A stretch of DNA of 57,200 nucleotides, counting the filler, from Candidatus Desantisbacteria bacterium CG1_02_49_89 (lineage in GTDB: Bacteria; Desantisbacteria; UBA1551), in NCBI GenBank assembly GCA_001871075.1. It is 4 parts of 4 records of this genome, joined end to end, with 100 filler letters (N's around TTAATTAATTAA, not from the genome) between each part and the next. Parts side by side here need not be neighbours in the genome. Positions count along the whole stretch, not along the records: positions 29,719 to 43,288 come from MNUP01000099.1; 3 more parts are not named here. The stretch is one strand, 5' to 3'. Of the stretch, positions 30,024 to 40,760 are shown in pieces (the first letter of the stretch is position 1; each line of letters opens with the position of its first letter). The translations under genes were made by a program, and so were the position numbers. Below the pieces are notes generated by a model that was not told the DNA's origin, did no database searches, and saw nothing but the letters and a program-made list of their open reading frames with translations.

Positions 30024-32213
30024 TTATTTCAAATCTTTGCCTGCCCTGATTAAACTCAGCATTTCCAAGGTAGCTGTATCGTGAGGCGCGATCTTTGAAA
30101 TCTTATCGTATATCTCTATTGCTTCTCTTTTTTCCCCTAGTTTATAGTATGCCGTTCCCATATTGTAAAACGCGTCAAGGAAAAAAGGATCGTTTCCTTC
30201 CAGGGCGGCGATTTCCCTTTTTGCTTCGCTGGCTCTTTTAAACGCTTCCAAAGACCTCTGCCAGTCTGCCGATACAGTATAACAGAGCCCGAGCATCTGG
30301 TAAGCCATATAATCAGTAGAATCGATCTCGGTGGCGATCCTGAATGAATTTATTGCCTTCTCCGGTAATCCGGTATTAAAATACGCAAGACCTAAATTAT
30401 AATCAAGTTGGCCGCGGAATGGAGAAAATCTCGCAACATTTTCGTATGCTATTCTGGCTTCTTTCCAGCGTCCATGGGATGCATATATATTCCCGATAAG
30501 GAACAGGGCATCAACATTCGTCGGCTCATACATGAGTGCTACCTCGCATTCCCTTAAAGATGCCTCGGGCGGTCCGTATTTTTTTAACACCTTTGTGACA
30601 CGCCCCAGGTGCAAATCCGCAAATAAAGGTTTTAGAGCCGATATCCACAGAAAAATACCAACCAGTATTATTAAAAGTACCGATAAGAATTTTAAATTTA
30701 AATGCTTACCGGCATGCATTAAAGACGCCGGAGCACGTTCTTCTTGGTGCTCTAAAAATCCCTGATATTGGTGTCCATGCCTGTCTCCGTCAAATCCCAT
30801 GGTAATTCTGTTCATAATTCCAACCAGCAGCCAAAAAGTAACTCCTGTAGAAGAAATGCGCAGATTGACGCTTGCGGTATTATCTACCAGACAGCAGAAT
30901 ACAGCGCAAATTCCGCCTGAAACAAGATAGAAATCGTCTCGATTCAGGCATTTTAATTTTTTTACAGAATAAACGAAAAACGATGCTATTAAACCCAGAA
31001 AAGCCAGTATTCCGACAAGTCCCTGTTCTGCAAGTATCTCAAAGTATTCAGAATGGGCATGCTCCACGATATTCGCCCTTCCAAAACCCTTTAGTTTGTA
31101 GAAAGACGGCCTGTGAAGCGGGGCGTTGTAAACAAGCGTCCCCACCCCCCACCCAAACAACGGACGCGAGAGAAACATCCTGTAAGCGGTCTGCCATATA
31201 GTAATCCTCACACCGATGTTTTCTGTGGCGTTCGTCTTAAATCCGTAAGGCCTGAATATAAATTCGGGCGCCTCCTTCAGTATGATCCGGGCGGAAGGAA
31301 TGATATTTTTTGACTTTGTCTTCAATAATTGAAGGCCCGGCGTAAAAATAAAAATAATAAAAATGCCCGCTGCTACTCCGGTAAGAACGATTGGAATGAA
31401 CGGTTTTGAAAATGTCCCGGACGGCCCCTGTTTCAGAAGATTCAAAACAACATACAACAGGAACCCTGCAAACAGGGCAATTATCGAAGTCCTGGTAAAT
31501 GTCCGCATCAGGCAAAGTACCAAAACTAAAAAAACTATAAAATACAAAAGTCTGTAGAGCCATGATTTAGATATAAGCAGCGCACTGATGCAGAGAGGAA
31601 TAATCATAATAAGGAATCCGCCTAAGAAATTGGGGTTCCCGATGAAAGAAACCGCGCGCCCTGTTGACTCCCATGAGATAAAATCATATCCCAGGGACTG
31701 CGCCAGCCCGTATATCGCGACCACTGCGCCCGAAACCAGCAAAACAGACAATATGCGCTGAATTCTTGCGCGCGAATCAACCTCATTGGCGATCACAAAA
31801 AAGAGCATCCCGTAGGAAAAAATCCTGAACATCTCCTTTATTGACGCAAACTTAAATGAAGATGTAAAAAAAGATATTATGCAGCTCCACAGGATTATTA
31901 GGACGAAGAGCGCGATCGGCGAATGCCGCAGATTTAACCGCGACTCTTCAACAGCTTTTAACAACCAGGCAAGGAATATGGTAAAGATAATTATCTCGGA
32001 AAAGGAAGTCTTCATCAGGCCCGCGGTGAAACTCCTGGTGTCCAGAACAAGCGGAACTGCCCCTGCCAACAGAATCAATCCCGTATCAATTAATATAGAA
32101 TAAAAATAAGTTCTGCCTGCTACTGAGGTTAATTTCTCTCTTTTAAGGAATATTGTAGCTATAAAAGGGACTATCAGCACAAGAAAAAACAGGAACCATT
32201 CAAAAAAGGTCAT
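30024..32213 (-). CDS. O-antigen-ligase (Wzy_C)-family membrane protein with C-terminal TPRs
   Basis: GNPNFLGGFL, TFTRTS, R..IW..A..MF..RPLFGWGVG, HAHSEY; TPR tail. Confidence 0.88.
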   Translation of the reverse strand: MTFFEWFLFFLVLIVPFIATIFLKREKLTSVAGRTYFYSILIDTGLILLAGAVPLVLDTRSFTAGLMKTSFSEIIIFTIFLAWLLKAVEESRLNLRHSPIALFVLIILWSCIISFFTSSFKFASIKEMFRIFSYGMLFFVIANEVDSRARIQRILSVLLVSGAVVAIYGLAQSLGYDFISWESTGRAVSFIGNPNFLGGFLIMIIPLCISALLISKSWLYRLLYFIVFLVLVLCLMRTFTRTSIIALFAGFLLYVVLNLLKQGPSGTFSKPFIPIVLTGVAAGIFIIFIFTPGLQLLKTKSKNIIPSARIILKEAPEFIFRPYGFKTNATENIGVRITIWQTAYRMFLSRPLFGWGVGTLVYNAPLHRPSFYKLKGFGRANIVEHAHSEYFEILAEQGLVGILAFLGLIASFFVYSVKKLKCLNRDDFYLVSGGICAVFCCLVDNTASVNLRISSTGVTFWLLVGIMNRITMGFDGDRHGHQYQGFLEHQEERAPASLMHAGKHLNLKFLSVLLIILVGIFLWISALKPLFADLHLGRVTKVLKKYGPPEASLRECEVALMYEPTNVDALFLIGNIYASHGRWKEARIAYENVARFSPFRGQLDYNLGLAYFNTGLPEKAINSFRIATEIDSTDYMAYQMLGLCYTVSADWQRSLEAFKRASEAKREIAALEGNDPFFLDAFYNMGTAYYKLGEKREAIEIYDKISKIAPHDTATLEMLSLIRAGKDLK

Positions 32214-32288
32214 TTTGGTCTCCGTTGCTTATCAGCCCGGCAAGTCTGGAAAATAAAAATCATTTCGTTTTTATCCATTTATTCATTT

Positions 32289-32323
32289 AAAAAAAAAGAG
32301 GGGGAGATCTCCCCCTCTTTTTT
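32289..32323 (-). terminator. Intrinsic terminator after pilin gene
   Basis: AAGAGGGGGA-GATC-TCCCCCTCTT stem flanked by A/T runs. Confidence 0.85.
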
Positions 32324-32362
32324 CATATCCTCAAATTTCCGTAATGTTACCTAGCCATATAC

Positions 32363-32791
32363 TTAGTAATAAAGTATATGCGGATAGCCGCCTGATCTAC
32401 TACCGCTTCCAATGTCGCACCAGGGAGTGCTTCCGATTTCAAACGAATTTGCACAAAATCCGTTTGCATCAAAGGGCGCAACAGCCGTGCCAGTGCACCA
32501 AACTTCAGAAGCTCCGTATATGCCGCCTGCCTGACATGCAGGTGTCTTCTTAATGTAAGTCGGCACTATATTGCCCATTGAGACCCCATCTCCGTTGGTC
32601 TTGAGCGCATCCATAGCATACTGCTCCAGCCCGCTGTCGATCTGGCGGATATTCGCCTTGCAGGCATTCGCTCTTGATTTTGACCTTGCTGCCATGAAGT
32701 TGGGGATCGCGATAGCCGAAAGAATGGCTATGATAGCAACAACGATCATGATCTCAACGAGCGTAAAACCTTTCTCTCTTAATTTAATCAT
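32363..32791 (-). CDS. Type IV pilin-like protein
   Basis: Class III signal KG|FTLVEIMIVVAIIAILSAIAIPNF; strong RBS; own terminator. Confidence 0.92.
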   Translation of the reverse strand: MIKLREKGFTLVEIMIVVAIIAILSAIAIPNFMAARSKSRANACKANIRQIDSGLEQYAMDALKTNGDGVSMGNIVPTYIKKTPACQAGGIYGASEVWCTGTAVAPFDANGFCANSFEIGSTPWCDIGSGSRSGGYPHILYY

Positions 32792-32851
32792 TTTTGTTTC
32801 ACCTCCTCTTTTTTGTTATTTTGTTCTGGGACATACCTTTTTATACAACTT

Positions 32852-32868
32852 AACAAAAACCGTGCCAA
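32852..32868 (-). promoter_or_regulatory. Candidate sigma54 promoter of pilin
   Basis: Minus strand TTGGCACGGTTTTTGTT versus consensus TGGCAC-N5-TTGC (one mismatch at -12). Confidence 0.55.
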
Positions 32869-32931
32869 CTCTATGTCTATTGACTACAATAAAAAAGTAA
32901 CAAAAATTGTCGTTTTGCGCAGAAAGCGGCT

Positions 32932-33162
32932 TTATTTGCTCTTTTTATAATCTTCTATTATCTCATTTGAATTCAACCCAAGGTATTCTGAATATATCCG
33001 CATGAATCCTTTAAGATAAACCTCTGCAGGGAAAATTTCGTATTTTTCTTCCTCCAGAGCCTTCAGGAATTTCAGGCTTATCCTGGTGTCTTCACTTGCC
33101 TTTTCAAAGGATATGTTTTTGTTTTCCCTTGCTTCTTTTAACTTGCTGACCATCGAAATCAT
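32932..33162 (-). CDS. RodZ-like N-terminal HTH protein (short)
   Basis: LKEARE..IS...TRISLKFLKALEE....P..VY.KGF.R.Y..YLGL; directly after ftsK. Confidence 0.8.
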   Translation of the reverse strand: MISMVSKLKEARENKNISFEKASEDTRISLKFLKALEEEKYEIFPAEVYLKGFMRIYSEYLGLNSNEIIEDYKKSK

Positions 33163-33199
33163 GGTTTCCGCCCTTTAGCCATGGCAGGCCATTTTAAAG

Positions 33200-35332
33200 C
33201 TATTTTAGCTTATCCAGGTAACTTTCATCCACCAGCATATCCCTTGGCTTAGTGCCGTCCTGCGGGCCTATAATGCCCTTTTCCTGCATGGCATCAATTA
33301 TCCTTGCAGCACGGTTGTAACCTATTTTTAATCTGCGCTGGAGAAGCGAGGTGGACGCCTGCTTGTGCCTGATAACGACTTTTATGGCTTCATTGAAAAG
33401 CAGGTCATCGTCATCATCCTCTGCCATTTCCTCTTTTGCCTCTTCGAACACCTCCCGGACCGTCAATTCCGGAGTGCCGTATTTATCTTTCAGGTATCCC
33501 ACGATCTTATTTACTTCCTGGCGGGACACATAAACTCCCTGGATACGCTGCGGCTTCACGGAACCCGTCTGCGAAAAAAGCATATCTCCTTTCCCGAGTA
33601 GTTTTTCCGCTCCCGAAATATCCAGTATTGTCCTGGAATCAACCAGGGATGAAACCGCAAAAGAAATCCTTGAGGGGAAATTCGCTTTTATCAAACCGGT
33701 TATTATATCCACCGACGGGCGCTGCGTCGCGAGGACAAGATGTATGCCGACCGCCCTGCCCATCTGCGCCAGCCTGCAAAGCCTGTCCTCAACTTCAAGC
33801 GGGGCAACGATCATCAGATCGGCAAGCTCATCTATTATCACAACCAGGTACGGCAGCCTTGGCTTTGTCTGGTTATAATCCTTTAATGAATGGACGCCCT
33901 TATGCAGAAAAGAATCATACCTGGTCTCCATCTCGTTTACAACCCACTTCATGGCTGAACCTGCTTCCCTGGAGTCTTTGATAACGGGAAGTATCAGGTG
34001 CGGGATGCCTTCAAACGCGGAAAGCTCCACCATCTTGGGGTCTATCATTACGAACCTGAGGTCCGCGGGACCGTTTCGGTACAGGAAACTGGTTATCAAC
34101 GAGTATATGAAAACACTCTTGCCCGACCCGGTTGCGCCTGCTACCAGCAAATGGGGCATATCTTCAAGGTCAGCCACAAGCGGGGTGCCCTCCACGTTCT
34201 TTCCCAGGCAGAAGATCAAAGGAGACTTAGCCTGGCCGTATGTTTCGTGCTCAAGAACGCTCCTGATCAGGACTATTTCCGGGTTTTTATTGGGTATCTC
34301 GATCCCCACAACAGCCTTGCCCGGCACCGGAGCCTCCAGGCGGACGCTGGGCACAGCAAGGCTCAGGGCGAGATCGTTGGACAGGTTTGTAATGCTTGAC
34401 ACTTTTACTCCGGGCGCTGGCTGCAGCTCGAACCTTGTTATGACCGGGCCTTTGCTGATCTGGGTGACCTTGGCTATTACCCCGAAATTATTCAGGGTTT
34501 CTTCAAGAATACGTGCAGACTCATGCAGCGCCTCTTCTGCCACGCCAATGCTTGCTTTGGGTTCCACGAGAAGGTTCACCGGCGGCGGTTCGTATAGCTC
34601 GTCCATGAACTCAAACCGGGCCTGGACCGGTTTTTTTCGTTTTTCAACAGGTCCCACTATCACGGGAACTTCTTCGGGTTTCAGCGCGGACTTTCCGGCT
34701 TTCTCTGTTGCCGTCTGCGATGCTGGTTTTAAAAGCTTCGTTTGGTCCGCCGCAATGTTCCCGGCGGTAATTACAGGGAATTTGGCTTTTTTCCTGCCGG
34801 ACATAATAGTCTTTAAAGATACCTCGGTGACAAGAAGTATCGACACCAGCAAAAGAATGCCCAGGACAATAAAGCTACCCACTTTACCCAGATAAGCGGA
34901 AACAAGGTCATTTAGGAATCCTCCGGTAATACCGCCCCATCCCATAAAAAGAATATACCACATGGCCCGGATATTGTCGAGGAAAGTGCAGGAAACAACA
35001 AGGAGTATCATGAAACCTATGATGTGAGCCCTTTTGATCTTCTTTTCCTTAAATTTATGCCATCCCAGCGTGCCGAGAATACCTACAAGTATATAAGTGC
35101 CCAAACCGAACAGCAGGATCAACGTTCCGCTGGCATACGTGCCGACTATACCGACATAATTCCTGTCAGCTGTCCGGGATTGGCCCTTGTAATATTCAGC
35201 AAGCGGGAAATTAGCTGGGTTGAAAGTAATGGCGCTGACCAGCAGGAAAACGGCAATTCCCATGATCGCAACCGCCCAGATCTCGTTTGACCCGATTTTT
35301 ACCTGCTCTCCGTCTTCCTTCATGATGATCAT
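33200..35332 (-). CDS. ftsK: DNA translocase FtsK/SpoIIIE
   Basis: N-terminal TM segments, PHLLVAGATGSGKS, IDPKMVEL, IDELADLM, ATQRPSVD, gamma domain LQRRLKIGYNRAARIID. Confidence 0.96.
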   Translation of the reverse strand: MIIMKEDGEQVKIGSNEIWAVAIMGIAVFLLVSAITFNPANFPLAEYYKGQSRTADRNYVGIVGTYASGTLILLFGLGTYILVGILGTLGWHKFKEKKIKRAHIIGFMILLVVSCTFLDNIRAMWYILFMGWGGITGGFLNDLVSAYLGKVGSFIVLGILLLVSILLVTEVSLKTIMSGRKKAKFPVITAGNIAADQTKLLKPASQTATEKAGKSALKPEEVPVIVGPVEKRKKPVQARFEFMDELYEPPPVNLLVEPKASIGVAEEALHESARILEETLNNFGVIAKVTQISKGPVITRFELQPAPGVKVSSITNLSNDLALSLAVPSVRLEAPVPGKAVVGIEIPNKNPEIVLIRSVLEHETYGQAKSPLIFCLGKNVEGTPLVADLEDMPHLLVAGATGSGKSVFIYSLITSFLYRNGPADLRFVMIDPKMVELSAFEGIPHLILPVIKDSREAGSAMKWVVNEMETRYDSFLHKGVHSLKDYNQTKPRLPYLVVIIDELADLMIVAPLEVEDRLCRLAQMGRAVGIHLVLATQRPSVDIITGLIKANFPSRISFAVSSLVDSRTILDISGAEKLLGKGDMLFSQTGSVKPQRIQGVYVSRQEVNKIVGYLKDKYGTPELTVREVFEEAKEEMAEDDDDDLLFNEAIKVVIRHKQASTSLLQRRLKIGYNRAARIIDAMQEKGIIGPQDGTKPRDMLVDESYLDKLK

Positions 35333-35510
35333 CCTTAATCCTTGATATTATAAACTCAGATACAGATAGCCACTGATTTCCACGGATTAATTTTTTACTT
35401 AAAACTTGATTCTTGGCACTAAATCCAGGCACGGATGCACACTGTTTCCGTCACTGTTTTGCCATGAGCCATAAGCTATGAACTATGAGCTATGAGCCAT
35501 GAGCAATTTA

Positions 35511-35957
35511 TCACTTATATCCGGTGTGCCCGAAACCGCCGCTGCCCCTTGCTGTGGCATTTACGCTTTTTACGGACTTTACGATTGCGCGCTCTGTCCT
35601 GTTCAATACCATCTGGGCGATCCTCGAAGATGGTTTCACGCTGAATTTTTTGCGGGAAAGGTTGACGAGGATAACTTTTATTTCACCGCGGTAATCAGAA
35701 TCGATCGTTCCCGGGCTGTTAAGGATCCCGATGCCGTATTCCCAGGCAAGACCGCTGCGCGGCCTGACCTGCAGTTCATAACCTTTGGGAATTTCAGCTT
35801 TTATGCCCGTTGGTATAAGCGCTCTTCCCATCGGCATGATCACTATGTTTTTATCCATTGCCGCATACAGGTCCATGCCGCTCGAGAACTCCGTCATATA
35901 GACAGGAAGCGCGGCTTTGTCAGTGATCTTTTCTATCCGTATCGTTGTTTTTCCCAT
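35511..35957 (-). CDS. dut: dUTP diphosphatase
   Basis: GMDL, RPRSGLA, GTIDSDYRGEI, RIAQMV, RGSGGFGHTG. Confidence 0.96.
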   Translation of the reverse strand: MGKTTIRIEKITDKAALPVYMTEFSSGMDLYAAMDKNIVIMPMGRALIPTGIKAEIPKGYELQVRPRSGLAWEYGIGILNSPGTIDSDYRGEIKVILVNLSRKKFSVKPSSRIAQMVLNRTERAIVKSVKSVNATARGSGGFGHTGYK

Positions 35958-37252
35958 TATCCGGCCTTTTCCAGTATATCCTTTATTTCGGATTCGTTTA
36001 TCCCGGAACCCAGCACTGACACTGAAATTTTTTCCTTGCTGATGTATTTTTGCGCCAGAGATCTGATATCCGATGCCTTTATTCCTTCGATCCTGAAAAT
36101 AACTTCGTCTGTCGGAACTATTCTTCCCATATATATTTCTGACGTTGCCAGCCTTGACATTCTTGCCTCGGTATTTTCCAGGCCCAGCAAAAGGTTCCCG
36201 CGCAAACAGCCTTTCGCCGATTCCAGCTCTTCGGCTGTTATGCCGTCATCGCGGATACTTTTCATCTCCTGCAATGCAAGCATTAAGAGCTTCTTAAGGC
36301 TGGCGTCCTCTGTGCCTGCGTATAAAGCAAGGTATCCTGTGTCGTAAAAAGAAACCTGGTAAGATGAAATAGCGTAGGCAAGACCCTGGTTTTCTCTGAT
36401 CTTCTGAAAAAGCCTGGACCCCATCCCGCCTCCGAGTACCAGGTTCAAAACAGCGAACGCGTATCTTTCTTCATCGGCCTGCGGGATACCGGGCACGCCC
36501 AGGCAGATATGGACCTGGCTTAGCTTTTTTCTGAACAGGTTTATGCCGGGCGAATACCTGGGGGCGGGGAAAGCACCCAGAATGGCCTCTTTAATGCCGC
36601 GCGGGGCTGAGCCTGCGGCTTTCCTTTCAAAACATGCGCTGATCTTGCCGCTTATATCCTCCGAAGAAATGCCGCCTGCGGCTGATACTATGAATTCAGA
36701 GGGATTATAGTTCCTGCCGATATATTCCGTAAGGTCTTCCCTGCCAAACCTGCGTATGTTTTCTCTTGTTCCGCTTACGGGCTGTCCTACGGGATGACCG
36801 GGAAAAATAGTCTGCGCGAACAGGTCGTTAATGTGTTCCGAGGGCGTATCTTCATAAAGATTTATCTCTTCTATTGCAACGCCCTTTTCAAGCCCTATAT
36901 CTTCTTCCCTGAAAAGAGAATTGAATATTAGGTCCGAGACCACGTCAAGGGCAAGGTCCGCATGCTCTTTCAGGACGGTCGCGTGAATGCAGGTAAGTTC
37001 TTTCCCCGTAAAAGCATTCAGGTGCCCTCCGACCCGCTCAAGCGACTGCGCTATATCGTAAACGGACCTGTTCTTCGTGCCCTTGAATAACATATGTTCT
37101 ATGAAATGAGAGATCCCGTTGAGGCGGGCATCCTCGGTGCGGGAACCGCATGGGATCCACACGCCCATTGACACACTGCGGTATCCGGGCATTTCTTCCG
37201 CCAGGACCTTCGGGCCGTTTTTAAGGTCTTTTTTGTATATCCGCTCTTCCAT
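35957..37252 (-). CDS. M16 (pitrilysin-family) zinc peptidase
   Basis: HFIEHMLFKGT, LGGGMGSRLFQKIRE; follows pnp. Confidence 0.93.
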   Translation of the reverse strand: MEERIYKKDLKNGPKVLAEEMPGYRSVSMGVWIPCGSRTEDARLNGISHFIEHMLFKGTKNRSVYDIAQSLERVGGHLNAFTGKELTCIHATVLKEHADLALDVVSDLIFNSLFREEDIGLEKGVAIEEINLYEDTPSEHINDLFAQTIFPGHPVGQPVSGTRENIRRFGREDLTEYIGRNYNPSEFIVSAAGGISSEDISGKISACFERKAAGSAPRGIKEAILGAFPAPRYSPGINLFRKKLSQVHICLGVPGIPQADEERYAFAVLNLVLGGGMGSRLFQKIRENQGLAYAISSYQVSFYDTGYLALYAGTEDASLKKLLMLALQEMKSIRDDGITAEELESAKGCLRGNLLLGLENTEARMSRLATSEIYMGRIVPTDEVIFRIEGIKASDIRSLAQKYISKEKISVSVLGSGINESEIKDILEKAG

Positions 37253-37268
37253 CCCGCCTTGTATTATG

Positions 37269-39365
37269 TTATGCGTCCTTTTTTTCTCGCAGCGCCTGTT
37301 TCCTGCTCAGATTTATCCTGCCCTGCGAATCGATCTCGGTTACCTTAACGTCGAACTCGTCTCCTTCCTTTACCACTTTCCTGATGTCCTCAACGCGTTT
37401 TTCGCCGAACTGGGAAACGTGCACAAGGCCTTCTTTTCCAGGCAATATCTCAACGAAAGCTCCGAAATCCATAACGCGCATAACCCTGCCTTTGTATATT
37501 TTACCCACCTCGACTTCAGCGGTAATGGATTTCACCAGATCAAGCGCCCGCATCGCGTTCTTTTCGTCAGTGCAGGATATCATGACCTTGCCGTCATCGT
37601 CAACGTCTATCTCAGCCCCGGTCTGGTCTATTATCGACCTGATCATTTTCCCTCCGGGGCCTATCAGCTCGCCGATCTTCTTGGGGTTAATGATATAGAT
37701 GTAGATCTTAGGCGCGTAGGTCGAAACGGTTGCGCGCGCTTTCGAAATAACCTCGTTCATTTTTCCGAGTATGAACAGCCTCCCCTCCCTGGCCGCCGCA
37801 AGTATCTCTTTCAGAACGCTGGTTTCAACTCCGGTTATTTTAAGATCGAGCTGCAGCGCGGAAACTCCCTTTTCAGTGCCCGCAACTTTGAAATCCATAT
37901 CCCCGTAATGGTCCTCCATGCCGGCAATGTCGGAAAGGATGGCTGTATTGCCGCCTTCCCTGACCAGGCCCATGGCTATGCCTGCAACCGCGCGTTTTAT
38001 GGGAACACCCGCGTCCATGAGCGAAAGGCTTGAGCCGCATACCGTCGCCATTGACGAAGAACCGTTGGATTCAAGTATGTCCGAAACGAGCCGCACGGTA
38101 TAAGGGAACTCCTCCTCGGAGGGCAGTACCGCGGATACGGCTTTTTCTGCCAGCGCCCCGTGGCCTATCTCTCTCCTGCCTGCGCCCCTTTCCGGCTTGA
38201 CCTCGCCCGTGCTGAAGGCCGGGAAATTGTAATGCAGCATGAACTTTTTTTCTGTTTCGAGCTCTATGTCATCTATGATCTGCCTGTCTTCCATGGAACC
38301 CAGTGTCGTTACCACAAGGCTCTGGGTCTCTCCCCTTGTGAAAAGCGCTGAACCGTGCGTCCTGGGAAGCACGCCGGTCTCGCACGTGATGGGGCGTATA
38401 TCCCTGAATCCCCTTCCGTCAATTCTCTTGCCGGAAAGAATCATCTTGCGCAGGATATTTTTCAGCATTTCCTCAAAAATCATCTTTGCCTGAGGCTCTT
38501 CTTCCTCTGCAAGGCAAAGCTCCGCCTTCATCGCTTTCTGGATATTCCTCAGGCTTTCTTCTCTTTCATTCCTGGATGGAACGCTGATCGCCTTTTCAAG
38601 CCTTCCTGAAAGAAAGGACCTGACCTTTTCATCAAGCTCCGGCGTGGCTTCGACCGTGATAAAACCTTTTTTGGCCTTCCCTGCTTTTTTTGCAAGGTTC
38701 TCCTGGACCCTGACCAGGCCGCCCATCTGCTCCATAGCCAGCTCAATACCTCTGACAAGGTCCTCTTCGGGAATCTCCTTTGCGCCCGCCTCGATCATAA
38801 CAACCCTGTCTTTTGTGGCGGTTACGATCATGTCCAGCTCGCTGCCAGCCGCAAGGTCCTGATAGGTCGGGTTTACTACCAGATTACCGCCGACTTTACC
38901 GATCCTAACAGCTCCTATTAAGTTGTCAAACGGGATGCCGGATACTGCCAGGGCGCAGGACGCGCCCATGATCCCCAGTACATCCGGCTTGTTTATCTGA
39001 TCCATCGAAAGAACGCTGGCTATTATCTGGATGTCATTACGCACGTTTTCCTTGAACAGGGGCCTTATTGAACGGTCGATCATCCTTGAATTGACAGTTT
39101 CCTTTTCCGTAGGCCTTCCTTCCCTTTTAAAAAAGCCCCCGGGGATTTTGCCTACCGAATACGCCTTTTCCCTGTAATCCACAAGCAGGGGAAGAAAATC
39201 AATACCCTTCCTTGCCTCGGGTGACATTACAGCGGTCACCAGCACCACGGTATCGCCGTACCGCAGCGTCACCGAACCGTGCGCCTGTTTCGCCATTTTC
39301 CCCGTGGACACAATAAGCTTCCTGCCGCCTACTTCTATTTCCTCTGTAACCTGTGCATCTTCCAA
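37269..39365 (-). CDS. pnp: Polyribonucleotide nucleotidyltransferase
   Basis: GKIPGGFFKREG, RREIGHG, ESNGSSSMA, GDMDFKVAGT, KH and S1 domains; TTG start after GGAGG. Confidence 0.97.
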   Translation of the reverse strand: MEDAQVTEEIEVGGRKLIVSTGKMAKQAHGSVTLRYGDTVVLVTAVMSPEARKGIDFLPLLVDYREKAYSVGKIPGGFFKREGRPTEKETVNSRMIDRSIRPLFKENVRNDIQIIASVLSMDQINKPDVLGIMGASCALAVSGIPFDNLIGAVRIGKVGGNLVVNPTYQDLAAGSELDMIVTATKDRVVMIEAGAKEIPEEDLVRGIELAMEQMGGLVRVQENLAKKAGKAKKGFITVEATPELDEKVRSFLSGRLEKAISVPSRNEREESLRNIQKAMKAELCLAEEEEPQAKMIFEEMLKNILRKMILSGKRIDGRGFRDIRPITCETGVLPRTHGSALFTRGETQSLVVTTLGSMEDRQIIDDIELETEKKFMLHYNFPAFSTGEVKPERGAGRREIGHGALAEKAVSAVLPSEEEFPYTVRLVSDILESNGSSSMATVCGSSLSLMDAGVPIKRAVAGIAMGLVREGGNTAILSDIAGMEDHYGDMDFKVAGTEKGVSALQLDLKITGVETSVLKEILAAAREGRLFILGKMNEVISKARATVSTYAPKIYIYIINPKKIGELIGPGGKMIRSIIDQTGAEIDVDDDGKVMISCTDEKNAMRALDLVKSITAEVEVGKIYKGRVMRVMDFGAFVEILPGKEGLVHVSQFGEKRVEDIRKVVKEGDEFDVKVTEIDSQGRINLSRKQALREKKDA

Positions 39366-39462
39366 ACTTCCTCCTTGATCAAATGGCAAATTACCTTTGA
39401 ATTTTCACAGTGTAATTTATCCGCTCCGATACCTTATCGGGCGTGTCATTTGAAATTTTAGT

Positions 39463-39732
39463 TTATTTTCTAAGCCCAAGCTTCTTTATCAGATCGTCGT
39501 ATCTTTTTTTGTCTTTTCTTTCAAGATAAGTAAGGAATTTCCTTCTCTGCCCGACCAGTTTCAGCAGACCCCTGCGGGAGTGGCGGTCTTTTTTATGGAT
39601 CTTAAAATGCTCTTCCAGCTGGCTTATCCTTTTCGAAATCAGCGCCACCTGGACCTCGGGTGAACCGGTATCGCTTGCATGCATTCTGTGCGTTTTTATG
39701 ACTTCCTTCTTTTCTTCCTTCGCAATTACCAT
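39463..39732 (-). CDS. rpsO: 30S ribosomal protein S15
   Basis: [30 protein letters not shown]. Confidence 0.97.
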   Translation of the reverse strand: MVIAKEEKKEVIKTHRMHASDTGSPEVQVALISKRISQLEEHFKIHKKDRHSRRGLLKLVGQRRKFLTYLERKDKKRYDDLIKKLGLRK

Positions 39733-40742
39733 ATCATTCCTCCCTTTGAATATTCCTTTCTAGGGTGGCACTTTTGTGACACCCCTAATATTCCCTTTAT
39801 CTTTATCAGGTCAAGCTCTATCTGTCTCTTAAGAGTTTCTGCGTCCCGGAATTTCCTCTCCTTTCTGACTTTTTCTATAAATGAAACCTTGATCTTTTTT
39901 CCGTATAGCATCCCGCTGAATCCCATAATATGAATTTCAACGGTGTGTTTCGCGCTCTTTCTTGGGCTCCGCGAACTTCGTTCGAATGTCGGGCGTAAAC
40001 CGATATTTACCGCCCCTCCGTAACTGCTGCTGCCGGAACGTATTTCGCATGCATAAACTCCGCTGCCCGGCACAAGCTTAACCGGGTCAACTTCTAAATT
40101 CGCGGTTGGAAAACCAAGCTTACCGCCGACACCGCGTCCTTTTATAACCGTGCCTTCTATAAAAAATCTCCTGCCAAGCAGAATATTGGCCTTCTGAACA
40201 TTTCCCTTTTTTACCAGGCTCCTTATCCTCGTGCTGTTTACCGTCGTAGATGCAGCTGCTTTTCTGAGGTTTAGAACTACTGATCTAAAACCGTACTTCC
40301 GTCCGAGTTTTTCAAGCAATACGGAATTCCCGCGACCGTCTTTCCCGAATGTATGGTTTTGGCCTGCCACTATCTGCAGGGGATCAAAACTCAGAACCAG
40401 TTCTTTAATAAAATCCCCGGCAGAGATGCGGGAGAACCGTTTTGAGAACTTGATAATGCACAGGAGATCGACCCCCAGGGACTTGATCAATCTGATCTTT
40501 TCTTCAACAGTGGAAAGCAGTACCCCCGGGCTGCATAATCGCCCGCCAGGGCATTCCAGGATCTTTTTCACTCCCAGGTCGAAAGTTATGACCGTGCTTT
40601 TCCGCCCGAGTTTAAGCGCCCGCGCCACGGCTTCTTTGATTATAGCCCGATGCCCCAGGTGAACGCCGTCAAAAACCCCGGTTGTCAAAACGCATTTTCT
40701 GTAAGGATCGCCTATTCTGCGCAACCCGTAGATTATTTTCAT
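39726..40742 (-). CDS. ribF: Bifunctional riboflavin kinase/FAD synthetase
   Basis: [31 protein letters not shown]; ribF-rpsO-pnp order. Confidence 0.95.
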   Translation of the reverse strand: MKIIYGLRRIGDPYRKCVLTTGVFDGVHLGHRAIIKEAVARALKLGRKSTVITFDLGVKKILECPGGRLCSPGVLLSTVEEKIRLIKSLGVDLLCIIKFSKRFSRISAGDFIKELVLSFDPLQIVAGQNHTFGKDGRGNSVLLEKLGRKYGFRSVVLNLRKAAASTTVNSTRIRSLVKKGNVQKANILLGRRFFIEGTVIKGRGVGGKLGFPTANLEVDPVKLVPGSGVYACEIRSGSSSYGGAVNIGLRPTFERSSRSPRKSAKHTVEIHIMGFSGMLYGKKIKVSFIEKVRKERKFRDAETLKRQIELDLIKIKGILGVSQKCHPRKEYSKGGMIW

Positions 40743-40760
40743 TATATATCCCGGCCCGGC

